Below are positions 51,020 to 63,532 of a stretch of DNA of 64,000 nucleotides, piece by piece. Origin of the DNA: Octopus vulgaris (Eukaryota). Position 1 is the first letter of the stretch, and each line of letters starts with the position of its first letter. The position numbers were made by a program, and so were the translations under genes. Location of the stretch: contig OX597821.1 in NCBI GenBank assembly GCA_951406725.2, positions 40,362,001-40,426,000 on the forward strand. The letters are read 5' to 3'. The notes below the pieces were generated by a model. That model searched no databases. It was not told the DNA's origin and was given only the letters and a program-made list of their open reading frames with translations.

Positions 51020-51965
51020 TGGCCATGTTGATGCACCACCGCTTGTGGAAATCTCCAAAATATAACATCTGCTTTGGCCTATTGTTCAACACAATAGTAG
51101 TGACAAGAAAAGCCTCCTCGTTTTTGAGCAACAATAGCAGAGATAAGTGGGATGTGTCCATAAATCTCATATTATGGGCTTGTCTTTATAGCTTGGGGTG
51201 TTTTTAAGACCTTATGAGAAGTATGGCGTATGTACCATGAAGGTAATATTGAAGCTTCTTTTTCCCAGCTCAAGTGGCCATAGAGAAGAATATTTTCCGT
51301 AGACACCCTGAAGAAAACCAATTTTGTTGACTTGGAAATATTTAGAAAATTACTATATTTTAATCTCACAACGTGAGATATTCAGCAACAGTACTTTGTA
51401 GTAAAGATTGTTTGCCAACATAACATGGCAGTCCTGGTATAGAACTAATGTTGCTGTAATTTAGACCCCCAGAGACACTGTCTCTAGCCAGCTATATGAC
51501 ACGATCTGTGTCCTTATACTTTCACAAAAGGGGTGCTAGATTCCCTTGTTCGAAAGTAAAAGGACACAGATCATGTCATGTAGCTGGCTGGAGATGGTGT
51601 CTCCTGGGGGATAAATTACAGCAACATAAGTCCTAAACCAAGGACTGCCACGTTATGTTGGCAAACAATCTTTACTTGGAAATATTTGATTATGTTTTGA
51701 AGTTTGTTATAAGCACTATGGATACTCTCTTGGATATAAAGAAGTTTTTTTCTGACTCTCAACAGTGCAGGACATAGGTACTTTAAGGTACTGACCACCG
51801 TGAATTGTATGCCATTATTGGAACAAATTAGAGGGGTGCTTTCATCCTTGGTGATGGTCATGTGATCAGTCTTCTTTGCATTGAGAAACAAACTGTTTTT
51901 GTCTGCAGTATTCTCAGGGAACATTAATAAATTCTGTGCTTCATCAATGAGTTGTGAGGGCAATA
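51020..51965 (-). pseudogene. Degenerate RTE/RTEX-like LINE RT-thumb fragment, interrupted at 51344-51673
   Basis: IDEAQNLL...LFLNAKKTDHM...LKYL, AYNKLQNI and NISKSTKLVFFRVSTENILLYG. Confidence 0.75.
51344..51673. mobile_element. Foldback insertion with about 130-bp arms, a one-sided tail and a 14-bp TSD
   Basis: Palindrome at 51400-51676 and tail at 51344-51399. TSD ACTTGGAAATATTT at 51330-51343 and 51674-51687; removing the insertion restores the LINE reading NISKSTK. Confidence 0.85.
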
Positions 51966-52149
51966 TCTTCAGCTTTCTCTTGGATTGTCCTTAAAAAATA
52001 GTGCTGGTATTTTTTCTTGAACTTTTCTAAATGCCAAAACATTTATTTCTGGATATTTTGTAGTTGTTCAATAATGAATCTTCAGTATCGAAATTGGTAC
52101 CTTCTAGTACCATTTTCATCTAGAGATTTAGTTTCTGAAGGAATAACTT

Positions 52150-53200
52150 GATTTTTGTGTTATAAGATTTCCATTTTTTCCATGTAAAGAAAGGGTCAAC
52201 ACATTAAATTTTTTTAATATTCAAACAAGATATAAACATACTCCAGTAAATGTAGTAGAATTCTTGTTTTTCCTGAGTCTGCAAGAACATATTTAGCTCC
52301 AACTTAAAAACACTCATTTAAACATTTTTAGCAGAATGCCATGACTCCATATCCTAAAAGAAATTTTGAAGAACTTTGCGTTTAGAGCTGAAGATTTAAC
52401 ATAATTAGCTAAGTTAATGTTCTTTTAAACACAGAATCGAAAGTCCAAGGTAATGTCTCACCTGCCATTAGTTCCCTATTTACGAAGGAATGTAGATATG
52501 TTCTTGGAGGTAATTTCATCAATCTTTGATGCTTCAATTTGAATCCAGCTTGACTGGTACACCATCAAAAGAAACAATCATAAGATTTTCCCAATGTAGA
52601 CCATTGGCATTGAGAAACTCAGCAACAGTTTCCATGGCATCAACAAAGTTGGCTGTGGTCAGAATAAGAAAACCTTTGGCTTCATTAATTACGTTAATTA
52701 CTTGATTGCTGATGTTCTTTGATAACTCCCTCACCTTCCTGTAAGTGGAAAGAGAGAAATCATTCAATTTATCTGTGACATAATCAAGAACAGTTTGTGG
52801 AATCTGTTTAGCATATGGTCCATTAAATTGCTCACCAATAGTGTGAGGCAATCTCTTGACCTGAGCTCTTTGTTGTATGTAACAACCTTTGAAGTTTGCA
52901 CTGCATTGGTGGACATTTCTGTAAAAAAAGTTCTGGTAGTTTCAAAAAGATATCATTTGAAACTTGATAACAGACAATTGATACAAACTTTATATCAAAT
53001 GAACTAAGTTTAGAAGATTCATTCCTTTCTCTAAATGAAATTTTCATTTCATAGCTTCGTTGCAACTTTAGCCAAACTTATAAAGCATAAAAGATACTGG
53101 TTAATCCATAACATATTTTTCATGACAACTAAATCCAAATTTAACATATTTATCCGAGTACTTCAACTACATTACAAAATCAGGTACCCTTTGCAGTCTT
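52150..53200 (-). pseudogene. hAT (Buster/Charlie-type) transposase remnant
   Basis: KYVKFGF, PHTIGEQ..PYAKQI, RKVRELSKNISNQVI, LHWENLMIVSFDGVP (cf. CTDGAP) and NYVKSSALNAKFF. Confidence 0.85.
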
Positions 53201-54057
53201 GGTCAAGCAGCACTCTTCATTTTCTTATTCAAAATTTAATTTTAAAATAAAGTGGTGATGACAGCAATTTAAAATCAATTTTCTACTCATCATTGCCACA
53301 TTAATGAATGGTTATTTAAATTAATTAATGCAGTAATTAATATTCAATAAAATTAAAGTTTTAAATCTCACAAATTATATCCACATTAACATTTACAATA
53401 TTTGATATAGATGACAATGTGTTTCCCCAAACAGGAAGTAACCAGCTGTTTAGGAAGAAAACATCATGTGTATTTGCTTCCCTCAAGGAAATGCAAATAA
53501 CTCATTTTACCAATTTTCCTGTGGACCTCTGATAAATTCGCTACACTCCATCAAGGACCCTGTTATTCATGGAGGAATAGGCTTCTTGTAGTAACTGATT
53601 TCTATCCCTTATAATAACAACATGACAGGTCACTAGAACTGCTCACAATTACAGGTAAATGGCACTTTGAATCGTAGTCTGCAGAATTACAGAGAGAAGA
53701 TTCTATATATTTTCTCATACCTGTATATCTTTGAAACTCCTTTACTCTAATGAAATGTGTGTGACATGGAATTAAAAATATAGAAAATGTTTCTAGTCTT
53801 TTGTCTTGAGATGTGTGTATGTGTGCACATGTGTGTCTGTGTTTTTATATGAAGCCATATCTATCTAGTTACCTACCTGTCTGTCTGTCTCTTAGATAAT
53901 GCACAAACACCACACATATATAGGCCTTGCAGTGTGATGGAGAAATTTACTTCCTACCAACATGGTTCCAGGTTCACTCTCAATGGGATAAGTGGCTTCT
54001 ACCCAGGATAACCAATGTCTGGTGAATGAATTAATTTTAAGAAACTGTGGAAGTGTG

Positions 54058-54089
<32 letters not shown>

Positions 54090-54095
<6 letters not shown>

Positions 54096-54440
54096 ATAAA
54101 ACGGTAAGATAACAAAAGAAAGAAAGAGACCTCAATATTATGTAAATAGTGGAAATTCATGCTTTCTATGTTATGTCCCAAGAAGAATTTATATATTTTT
54201 ATATATTTTTATATATTTTCTATGTATTTTTATATAATTTTCATGACGAAAAATGCGAGCAATGTATAAGTACGTAGGCAAGCAGAGTTATAACACAGTA
54301 ATTTCCCTTTATTTAACGGTATTTTTTCATAGCGTCTTCAAATAGCCAGATAACCGAAGAGATAGTGTTGTGGATTTCCACTTCGGCATCTGAAACTCAG
54401 AGTTTTATCTTGACTACCGAGTAATGTAACATATTTTTGT
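54090..54440. mobile_element. TA-flanked pLTR-like element with an HHR variant at 54348-54410 (+)
   Basis: AGAUAA-CCGAAGA-GAU...AUCU-GAAAC-UCAGA-GUU-UUAUCU. The segment 54090-54157 is a reverse-complement relative of the tails at 54715-54782 and 60875-60940. Confidence 0.65.
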
Positions 54441-54444
54441 ATAG

Positions 54445-54475
<31 letters not shown>

Positions 54476-54792
54476 TAGATAGTTGTGTGTGTGTGTGTCT
54501 GGATTAACGAGGCTATCAATAATTTCATGTAAAAGAAATCTTCACAATTGTTCAAGCATTAGAAGTGTGGGTACTTGTCTCAATTTTAGAAAAGCATATA
54601 TAAATTTATATATATAATATATATATATATATGTATGTAATATAATATGTGTTTCCTCCCCAACATCTGAAATTCGGATCTTATGGCAACCGAATAATTG
54701 TCACATATATTAAAGATAAATTCCTATTTACATAATATCGAGGTTTCTTTCATTCTTTTGTTGTCTTACCATTACTATTAATATATATACAC

Positions 54793-54848
<56 letters not shown>

Positions 54849-55330
54849 ATATATATATATATATATATGTATCAGACCTGTTGGTGACCTTTATGTCATG
54901 AAACATATATATATATATATATATGTATGTATATATATATATATATATATATATGTATCAAGCCTGTTGGTGACCTTTATGTCATGAAACACACAAAAAG
55001 TAAACAAAACTCAGGCATGCAACTGAGTTGAAGGTCGAGTTACTTCTGCCTTTATAGCACATAAAGAAAACGATGTTGTAGGAGTGTACACAGCACATGT
55101 ACTACAGCAATACTATGTGTAGCTTTAATACTGAGTCGAATTATGCCTACTTAATCTACAAAAAAATTAAATATTTTGTATTTTATGCATAGTAATCAGA
55201 CCAACGTTCATAATGTTATTGAATTAGGTGCATATTTTGCCATAAAAGGAAAATGTTGCTATCGATCTAGTTTATTCAAGGTAGGCACTGCCTGCCTTTG
55301 TTACATAGGTAGCACATCCCTGATATATAT

Positions 55331-55573
55331 ATCATCATCATCGTTTAATGTCCGTTTTCCACGCTAGCATGGGTTGGACGGTTCGACCGGGGTCTGGTAA
55401 GCCATAGAGGCTGCACCAGGCTCTAGTCTGATTTGGCAGTGTTTCTACAGCTGGATGCTCTTCCTAACGCCAACCACTCCGTGAGTGTAGTGGGTGCTTT
55501 TTACGTGGCACCTACACAGGTGCCAGATGAGGCTGGCAAACGGCCACGATCAGATGGTGCTTTTTACGTGCCA
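55331..55573 (-). mobile_element. RTE-type LINE 3' end
   Basis: Matches 14423-14985. Confidence 0.8.
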
Positions 55574-55793
55574 TACATAAATGATTTGGTCAACTGAAGC
55601 CAACATTGATGACTGCTTGCAATTCCCTTTCATGAAATATCATAGGGTTTATCAGGTCACAGCCAAAACAAGATGCCTGAATTTTTTTCAAGTTGGGGAA
55701 ACTGTAAATGATCGTCCATTTTGGGGATCAGCTGAACAATTTAATTAAACATTTTATTTTATAGAATTGAGTTATGCTTCTTTTGTCCACTAT

Positions 55794-55829
<36 letters not shown>

Positions 55830-55863
55830 CTTTGTATACATATATATACATATATATACATTC

Positions 55864-55922
<59 letters not shown>

Positions 55923-55955
55923 TATACTTATATACATACGTACACACACATGCAT

Positions 55956-56089
55956 CGACTTTGCTTTTCATCCTTTCGGGGTCGATAAATAAAGTACCAG
56001 TTTCGCACTGGGGTCGATGTAATCGACTTAACCCCTTTGTCTGTCCTTGTTTGTCCCCTCTATGTTCAGCCCCTTGTGAGCAATAAAGA
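55956..56089 (+). mobile_element. SINE family B, 3' half
   Basis: TCGACTTTGCTTTTCATCCTTTCGGGGTCGATAAA...CAATAAAGAAAT. Confidence 0.85.
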
Positions 56090-57779
56090 AATATATATGA
56101 ACAAATATGTATATAAAGCATGTTTATATATACATACACACACACACACACACATATATTTACATATATATTCATGTCTATTTACATATATATATTCATG
56201 TGTATTTATATATATATATATATATCTCAGAAGATGTTTATATATAGAGTGCATATACTCCCACACACAATTTGCATTGGGATCAATACTATGCTCATCT
56301 TAATCATTCTTGTCACATCCACATGACTTGAAATACACTTTTTATATACAACTGTGCATTTCCAGTTTTGTCTTGGCTTTTTTTTTTTTTTCATTCCTGC
56401 ATTTCTAATTATTTATTTAATTATTTATTCATATTTCTTTTTTCTTCTCTTCTCTCTCTTTCTCGAAGATTAGAACCTTTCTTTGAAGTGATTATCCAGA
56501 GAAAGTCAGATACTTTTCAACAGCTGCTGTAATCAGATAAAACAGAGTAACAAGGGAGAATAATTACCAGCTTGGAATAAACTTAGTTTTCTGACATCAA
56601 GCTTAAGAAGCAAATATATTAAGGTAACAACAGCCAAGACAATCAATAAGGTAACAATTTCTCTCAAATACCTACATGGGCAGAATCAACACAGGCTCCT
56701 CTCTTTTAAGTCTCTGTTCACTCCTTCAAATAGAACATGCTTGGTTAGCCTTGCTTTCTTACATTTCTTCTTCTTCTTCTTCTTCTTCTTCTTCTTCTTC
56801 TTCTTCTTCTTCTAAATATTATTATTATTATTATTTTTATTATTATAATTATTATTATTATTATTATTATTACTTTCATCCTCATCATCATCATCATCAC
56901 CATCATCATCATTTTTATTATTTTATTGTTGTTATTGTTATTATCATTACCCTCCCCTTCCTCCTTCCCCTCCTTCTCTACCTGTTCATTGTCGCTATCA
57001 TCCTTACCGACCTCCTCCTTTCTCTTTTTTTTCCCTCTTTCTTCTTCTTGTTCCACCTCCTTCTCCTCTTCCACCCCTTTCATGTATTATTTCTCCATCT
57101 TACTCTCTTCGTTATCACTAATCATGTGACCTTTGTTCCCACGATTCTCACCACACAGCTGTATCATCACACAAGAACTCTCTCTTATCTCTAATTTTCT
57201 TCAGCACTCTGACCATTATTCTTTCTGCGTTTTCTATGATTCCTGCCAAAATTAGTCAATTTTCTGTATTTATTGATAACCACTCGACACTTTACCCCCA
57301 GCTTGAGTGGTTGGACTGAAAATGTCCAAACTTTTATCCCAGTAATTCAATCTCTATATTCACTGTAACCTTGAAATGATAGACTTCTTGGTAAATGTTG
57401 ATGATGAGAGGAAGGAGACCAACATTTACTGGTGGTGAGTCTTTTGGAAGAAGGAACCCACTGTTGTAGAATTGATAGGATATAGCAGAGAAATGGAGTT
57501 AGAAAACAAAAAAAAGCAAAAGAATAGAAGGGGAACTAATCTACAGATTAGAAAAGGCAATTAGTAAAAGCTATCACACCTGATGTTCTGGCAGCAAAAT
57601 TGGGGCATAACACTTCTTTTATGATGAATATATTGGCTGCTTTGTCAGAACTAAGGCATACTGGATCTTAGACATGAAGCAGTGAAGGCCATCTAGTAAG
57701 TCAAAGTTGCAAAAATGTAACGTAATAGCATAACAAAATTAAGTAATCAATGAGCCACAATGATTATGTGTTATTTGGT

Positions 57780-58015
57780 TGCTGGCAGACGTAATGGGGG
57801 TTTCGGCTGTGGTTTACTCAAATGTTGAAGGGCCAAAAGTACACAAACCTGTGCAATTCCTGGCAGATTTATGTTTGACAAATTCTACATTAGAGAAAGT
57901 GGTTGATAAACCTAACTTTGGTAAATCTCTGATTACATCGAACCAACCAGAAGCTTTTAATTGTGTGAACAATCATTTTTTTAAAGTGATTGTTAGCAAT
58001 ATGGGACATGGCTAG
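57780..58015 (+). pseudogene. Degenerate L1/Tx1-type RT fragment
   Basis: SLITSNQPEAFNCVNNHFFKVIVSNMGHG resembles ALIxLDQxKAFDRVDHxYLxxVLxxxGFG. Confidence 0.45.
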
Positions 58016-58131
58016 CCATGGCAAGAATGTCCGTGGAAAAGCTTAATAACATGTAGCCCAGCAAAAGTACTCATTTGGCCAGTAGGCATTTATGGTGGTG
58101 AAGCATGGACTCTGAACAAGTTTTAAGTAAA

Positions 58132-58359
58132 TGGCGAGCTTGCAGAATCGTTAGCACGCCGGGCAAAATGCTCAGCAGTATTTCGTCTGTCGTTACATTC
58201 TGGGTTCAAAGACCGCCGAGGTCGACTTTGCCTTTCATCCTTTTGGGGTCAATAAATAAAGTACCAGTTGCGCACTGGGGTCGATGTAGTTGACTTAATC
58301 CCTTTGTCTGTCTTTGTTTATCCCCTCTATGTTTAGCCCCTTGTGGCCAATAAAGAAAT
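58132..58359 (+). mobile_element. Full-length SINE family B
   Basis: GGCGAGCTTGCAGAATCGTTAGC head, GGGTTCAAA B box, Meta-like domain and AATAAAGAAAT end. Confidence 0.9.
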
Positions 58360-58439
58360 ATATAATCATTGCATCAGAAATGAGGGTGTGTAAAGGTAAT
58401 CAGAAAAGGAACAGGTGTTACAACAAGCAGATGGAAGAC

Positions 58440-58712
58440 AACACCTGAACGTTGTGAAAAAACAAAAGCTCATCTATAATGGTCATGTTCAAAAAAGCAA
58501 AGGTCTGGAAGACATTATCACGGACATATGAGTAGAGGGCATTTGATCAAGAAGCAAACAAAGACCACAGTGGATGGACAATATCAGAAAGTGGTTGACC
58601 AAGAGTTGGTAAGAAAGCTGAAGAATTTAGACTTAACCAGGATGACTTTCATTATAGTGTCATCAGTGCACTCTTGTCACACAATACATGACGATGATGA
58701 TGATGATGATGA
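58440..58712 (+). mobile_element. Degenerate RTE-type 3' end with (GAT)n tail
   Basis: VKKQKLIYNGHVQK..LEDII and QWMDNIRKW. Confidence 0.5.
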
Positions 58713-59025
58713 CCAATACAACCAGTTTTTGTATTGGTTTTAGTGATTGGATCTCTTCAATATCGATCAATCTCTGCTCTGTGATCTAAATGGTTTATTA
58801 GAACTATTTCAGATTATATGTCCAGTCCATCAAGTATGTTGTTCTCTCTTTCTGTTGCTCTATATTTTAGCTCCTGAGCCGTTGCTATGGAAACTAGAGG
58901 TATTGAGGTGAAACCTGCCGGAACAGGGATGTGAGATAGTTATGTTGGCAAATATAAATCTCACAACTGTGGCATTGCACACAATGGAAACTATATGGTG
59001 GTAGCAGCAGCAACAGCAACAGCAT

Positions 59026-59064
<39 letters not shown>

Positions 59065-59080
59065 CAACAGCAGCAAGGAC

Positions 59081-59131
<51 letters not shown>

Positions 59132-59317
59132 ATTATTATTATTAAATGCTTAGTACATCTTGTCCCTCTTTATGTTCTGAGTTCAAATGCCTTTCATCCT
59201 TTCGAGGTTGATAAAGTTAGTACCAACTGCATATTGGGGTCAATGTAATCAGCTTACCCCTCCCAAAATTGCTGGCATTGTGCCAAAATTTGAAACTACT
59301 ACTACTATTATTATTAC

Positions 59318-59380
<63 letters not shown>

Positions 59381-59455
59381 TCAGTAGTTTTATTTTTATA
59401 ACGTGCTTTCACTTCACTACCGAGCGCAGCTCTGTGTGCCTTGGGTATGTGCTGT

Positions 59456-59461
<6 letters not shown>
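59381..59461 (-). mobile_element. R4/Dong-like 3' end inside a (TAA)n array
   Basis: Homologous to 822-898. AATAAA lies just before the end, and (ATT)n lies on both sides. Confidence 0.55.
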
Positions 59462-59536
<75 letters not shown>

Positions 59537-59539
59537 ATA

Positions 59540-59750
59540 GCAAGGCAGCAAGCTGGTAGAATTGTTAGCGTGCTGGATGAAATGCTTTGTGGTGTTCCAT
59601 CCATCGTTACATTCTGAGTTCAAGTTCCACCAAGGTCAACTTTGCCTATCAGGGTCGATAAAATAAATACCAGTTGAACACTAGGGGTCAATGTAATTGA
59701 CTCATTCCCTCCCCCAAAATTGTTGCCCTTGTGGCAAAATTTGAAACCAT
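59540..59750 (+). mobile_element. SINE family B variant with (ATT)n tail; a partial copy lies at 59160-59296
   Basis: GGCAGCAAGCTGGTAGAATTGTTAGC...GAGTTCAAGTTCC...GGTCGATAAAATAAATACCAG. Confidence 0.8.
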
Positions 59751-59779
59751 TATTATTATTGCTGCTGTTGTTGTTGTTG

Positions 59780-59915
<136 letters not shown>

Positions 59916-60666
59916 CTGCAGCAGCAGCAGCAGCAGCTAAAGCCAATGGAAAATAATAGTAGCTGCAATGGAATGGTTATATCTTGAAATCATTGTCATG
60001 TTCTTCATTTGCTCCATTGTCTCCGTTTATTATCAGAAGGTCACAGAACCGGTGAACTTGTGACTAAAATGTCAAATTATATAGGCATGAAACAACGAGC
60101 TAAACGTTCTTTAAGACAATACTGTTATTAATTATTCATTTATAAAACAAACTTAATTGCAATTAAATTTGTTTTAATGCATATATGATGAGGTTTGTGT
60201 ATTTCTTAACCAGAACAACTATCCTCAGGTAGCATTTTGGCATTCAGCTTCAAATAAGAGTAATCATCACTTCACATGTTGTGTACACTCTTGCTTGTTC
60301 CTCAGCAAATGGCAAATGCTCTACAGAGTCAGTTAACCTGCAGAAAATGGCAGCTAAATATCTCTCAAATCCCACCGTATAAAGGGGCATTATTTAACGT
60401 TTGAAATAACTGGGAACTTAAAGATGAAATGTGGGCCATCACTGCTGTCAGTTCTTGTGAGTGTGGTGGGTAATTTAAATGGAGAGGATTCGGAGTTTTG
60501 CAATCATTATTTTCGATTATGACAGATGATGGTGATGGCAATGGTGGCGGGATGGTAGTGGTGGGGGTAATATTGATGATGACAATAAATAGAAAATTAA
60601 AATTATATTGAGTTTAAATATTAAACATTTCAGTATACTTTGTGAAGTATATATATATATATATAT

Positions 60667-60940
60667 ATCTGTAATATAACATGTGCCAATTTAATTGGTT
60701 GCCATAATAAAACTCTGAGTTTCGGATGTCGGGTGGAAATCAGCCTCCAGCATCTCATTAGATTTTAAGACCCTTAATAACTGACAAGATGCCAGAGCTG
60801 ATTTCCGCCCTGACATCCGAAACTTGAAGTTTTATTATGGCAACCGAATAATTGTCACATATTATATTACAGATAAATTCCTCTATTTACATAATATTGT
60901 GGTCTCATTCATTCTTTTGTTGTCATATTATTACTATTAA
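60667..60940. mobile_element. Palindromic HHR element in (TA)n with a right-side tail
   Basis: Arms at about 60667-60761 and 60781-60874. Right HHR at 60775-60837: UAAUAA-CUGACAA-GAUG...CAUCC-GAAAC-UUGAA-GUU-UUAUUA. Left arm reads CUAAUGA...GAAAC-UCAGA-GUU. Confidence 0.8.
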
Positions 60941-60951
60941 TATATATATAT

Positions 60952-60996
<45 letters not shown>

Positions 60997-61480
60997 CCTA
61001 TGTATATGTATATGTACATACATGCACCTTTGAGACAAATCTGTAATTACAGAAATAGGTTTTGCAAAATATTCTGCTTAGTGTGTCGTTTTGTAACTGT
61101 ACAATTTTATGTGTATGTATATATGGATTCATAAATGTATAAAATGCATATGTGAAATATTTACAGTGTGAATTCACCTTCAAATCAGAATTAATGATGC
61201 AATCAAACATGAATTACAAAACAGCTGTAAACACATGCAATGAAAAATCTTTTACCCCTCACTTCTCCTGCATTTAAAATGGTCATTATTATACACTTCA
61301 CACTAGGGTTCTCTGGATTTTCAGGTACACAGTAATGTTATTTATATCCTAAATTTAATTAGTGTGTTACCACAGCTAGAATGCTTAATGTGAGTTCTGC
61401 TTGACTCCTTGAATCCTTTTTATTTTACACACACACAAACATATTTATACACACAACACATGCGCATATATATAGGTGAA

Positions 61481-61780
61481 GGTGTGTGGCTTAGTAGTTA
61501 GGGGTATTTGGCTCATGACTGTAAGCTTGTGAGTTCAATTTTAAGCAGTGTCTTGTGTCCTTGACCAAGACATTTTATTTTGCCTTGGTCTAATTCACTC
61601 AGTTGGCAAAAATAAGTTATACCTGTAATTCAAAGGGGTCCAGCCTTATCACATTCTGTGTTATACTGAATCTCTCTCAGAAGTACATTAAGAGTACATG
61701 AGTCTGTGGAGTACTCAGCCACTTGCATGCTAATGTCGTGAGTAGGCTGTTCCATTGATCACATTAACTGGAACCCTTGA
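61481..61780 (+). mobile_element. tRNA-derived CORE-type SINE (family D)
   Basis: TGGCTTAGTAGTTAGG A box, GAGTTCAATT B box and GTGTCCTTGACCAAGACATTTT CORE-like motif. Confidence 0.75.
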
Positions 61781-61855
61781 TATATATATATACATATATA
61801 CACACACACATATATATATATATATACATGCACACACACACATACACGTATATAT

Positions 61856-62800
61856 AAGTGGGTATTGTAGTTTGCTGGAAGCATTGTGTATCGTTTGTGA
61901 ACTGTAACGTGTCTTGAATGGTACAACAATGCAGAGTGGACTAAAATAACTGCTAGAAATAATCTAATTACTCATAGACTAATATAATATTTCGGAATAT
62001 AAAAATTCCATCTTCAGATATTGCTAGGAATTAATGGAGTCACTGTTATAATTGGTTTTCCAATGGTTACTGAAACTTGTCAGAAGCATCTCTGCTGTGA
62101 TCTCATGAAGCTCCTTCCGGAATTCCTCATGAGAAGTGCATGAGGGTGGTCATATCTTGAGTTCGTGTGTGTTGGCACATCCGCAGTGCTGCTTCTAAGT
62201 TATGTATTATACATACATTTTTTTTTTTTACATGAGCACGTTACCATCGTGTGCACAGGGTGTCAATGTTAAATAATAAAGTGATTGCTAATTTCCAATC
62301 TGTTGGTAATTTGGGGCCCTAGTCTGTCTATGAGGATAGCCTCCTTAATTCTTAAATTTCCTAAGTTTCTGTCATTGGCCTCTGTTGTGACGGTTATGTA
62401 TTATACATACATCTTTTTTTTTCTTTACATTAGCACGTTACCATCGTGTGCACAGGGTGTCGATGTTAAATAATATAGTGATTGCTAATTTCCAATCTGT
62501 TGGTAATTTGGGGCCCTAGTCTGTCTATGAGGATAGCCTCCTTAATTCTTAAATTTCTTAAATTTCTGTCATTGGCCTCAGTTGTGACGGTTATGTCTCT
62601 GTTGGTGTTCCAGCATCTTGTCTAGATGTTTTCTGAAGGAGGATGCTCATGTTTACATGTTCCTTGATGCGAATGTGTAATGGTCTTGTTGTGCTACCCA
62701 CAGAGAAATTATTGCATTTGTTACATTGTATTCCATACACAACATTTACCCATTGGCATAAATCTGTGTCATGCATGGGGCAGTTGGCTAGTGTGCATTG
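61856..62800 (-). mobile_element. Penelope-like element 3' part: GIY-YIG endonuclease remnant, 3' UTR and HHR
   Basis: NVVYGIQCNKCNNFSVGSTTRPLHIRIKEH (GIY-YIG signature) and NLRIKEAILIDRLGPQITNR (C-terminal E...N). About 195-bp tandem duplication at 62199-62590. HHR downstream. Confidence 0.88.
61981..62022 (-). ncRNA. Minimal type I hammerhead ribozyme of the Penelope-like element
   Basis: AAUAU-CUGAAGA-U-GGAAU..AUUCC-GAAAU-AUU-AUAUU, with stem III reduced to the palindrome AAUAUU. Confidence 0.75.
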
Positions 62801-62831
62801 ATTGCTGTCCCTTGCTCATTTCTTTGCTATA

Positions 62832-63495
62832 TCATCATCATCATCATCATCATTGTTGTCGTCGTTTTCGTTTAACATCCGCTTTCCATGCTGGCATGGG
62901 TTGGACGGTTTGACTGAGGGCTGGCAAGCCAGAAGGCAGTACCAGGCTCCAGTCTGATCTGGCAGATTTTCTACAGCCCTTCCTAACTCCAATCACTCCG
63001 TGAGTGTAGTGGGTGTTTTTTATGTGCCACATGGGTCAGTCAGGCAGTACTAGCATCGACCACACTTGAATGGTTCTTTTTATGTGCCACTGGCACAGGA
63101 GCCAGTCAGGCAGCACTGACAACAACCCCACTTGAATGGTGCTTTTTATGTGCCACCAGCATGGGTACCAATCACGTACCAGTCAGGTGGTACTGGCATC
63201 AGCCATGACAATGACTTCACTTGCCTCAACCGGTCTTCGCAGGCACAGTCTATTGCCCAATGATTGCAGGGTACTTTTAAATGGGTTGGTTATGCTGAAC
63301 TGGCATAGGTAACAGTTACAGTCTTGCTTGGCTTGCTGGGTCTCAAAAGGTCTTGGTCACTCATCATTGCTTCCGTGAGGCCCAATGTTTGAAGGTCATG
63401 CTTCACCACCTCATCCCAGGTCTTCCTGGGTGTACCTCTTCCACAGGTTCCCTCTACTGATAGAGTGTGACACTTTTAAACACATCTGTCCTCAT
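62832..63495 (-). mobile_element. 5'-truncated RTE-type LINE (ORF end, subrepeat 3' UTR and (GAT)n tail)
   Basis: VEGTCGRGTPRKTWDEVVKHDLQTLGLTEAMMSD lies upstream of the same 3' UTR as 9532-9988. Confidence 0.85.
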
Positions 63496-63498
63496 ATG

Positions 63499-63532
<34 letters not shown>

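Noticed and set aside
53510-53700. Minus-strand acceptor-like site near 53680
   Set aside because: All frames hit stops early and there is no strong donor.
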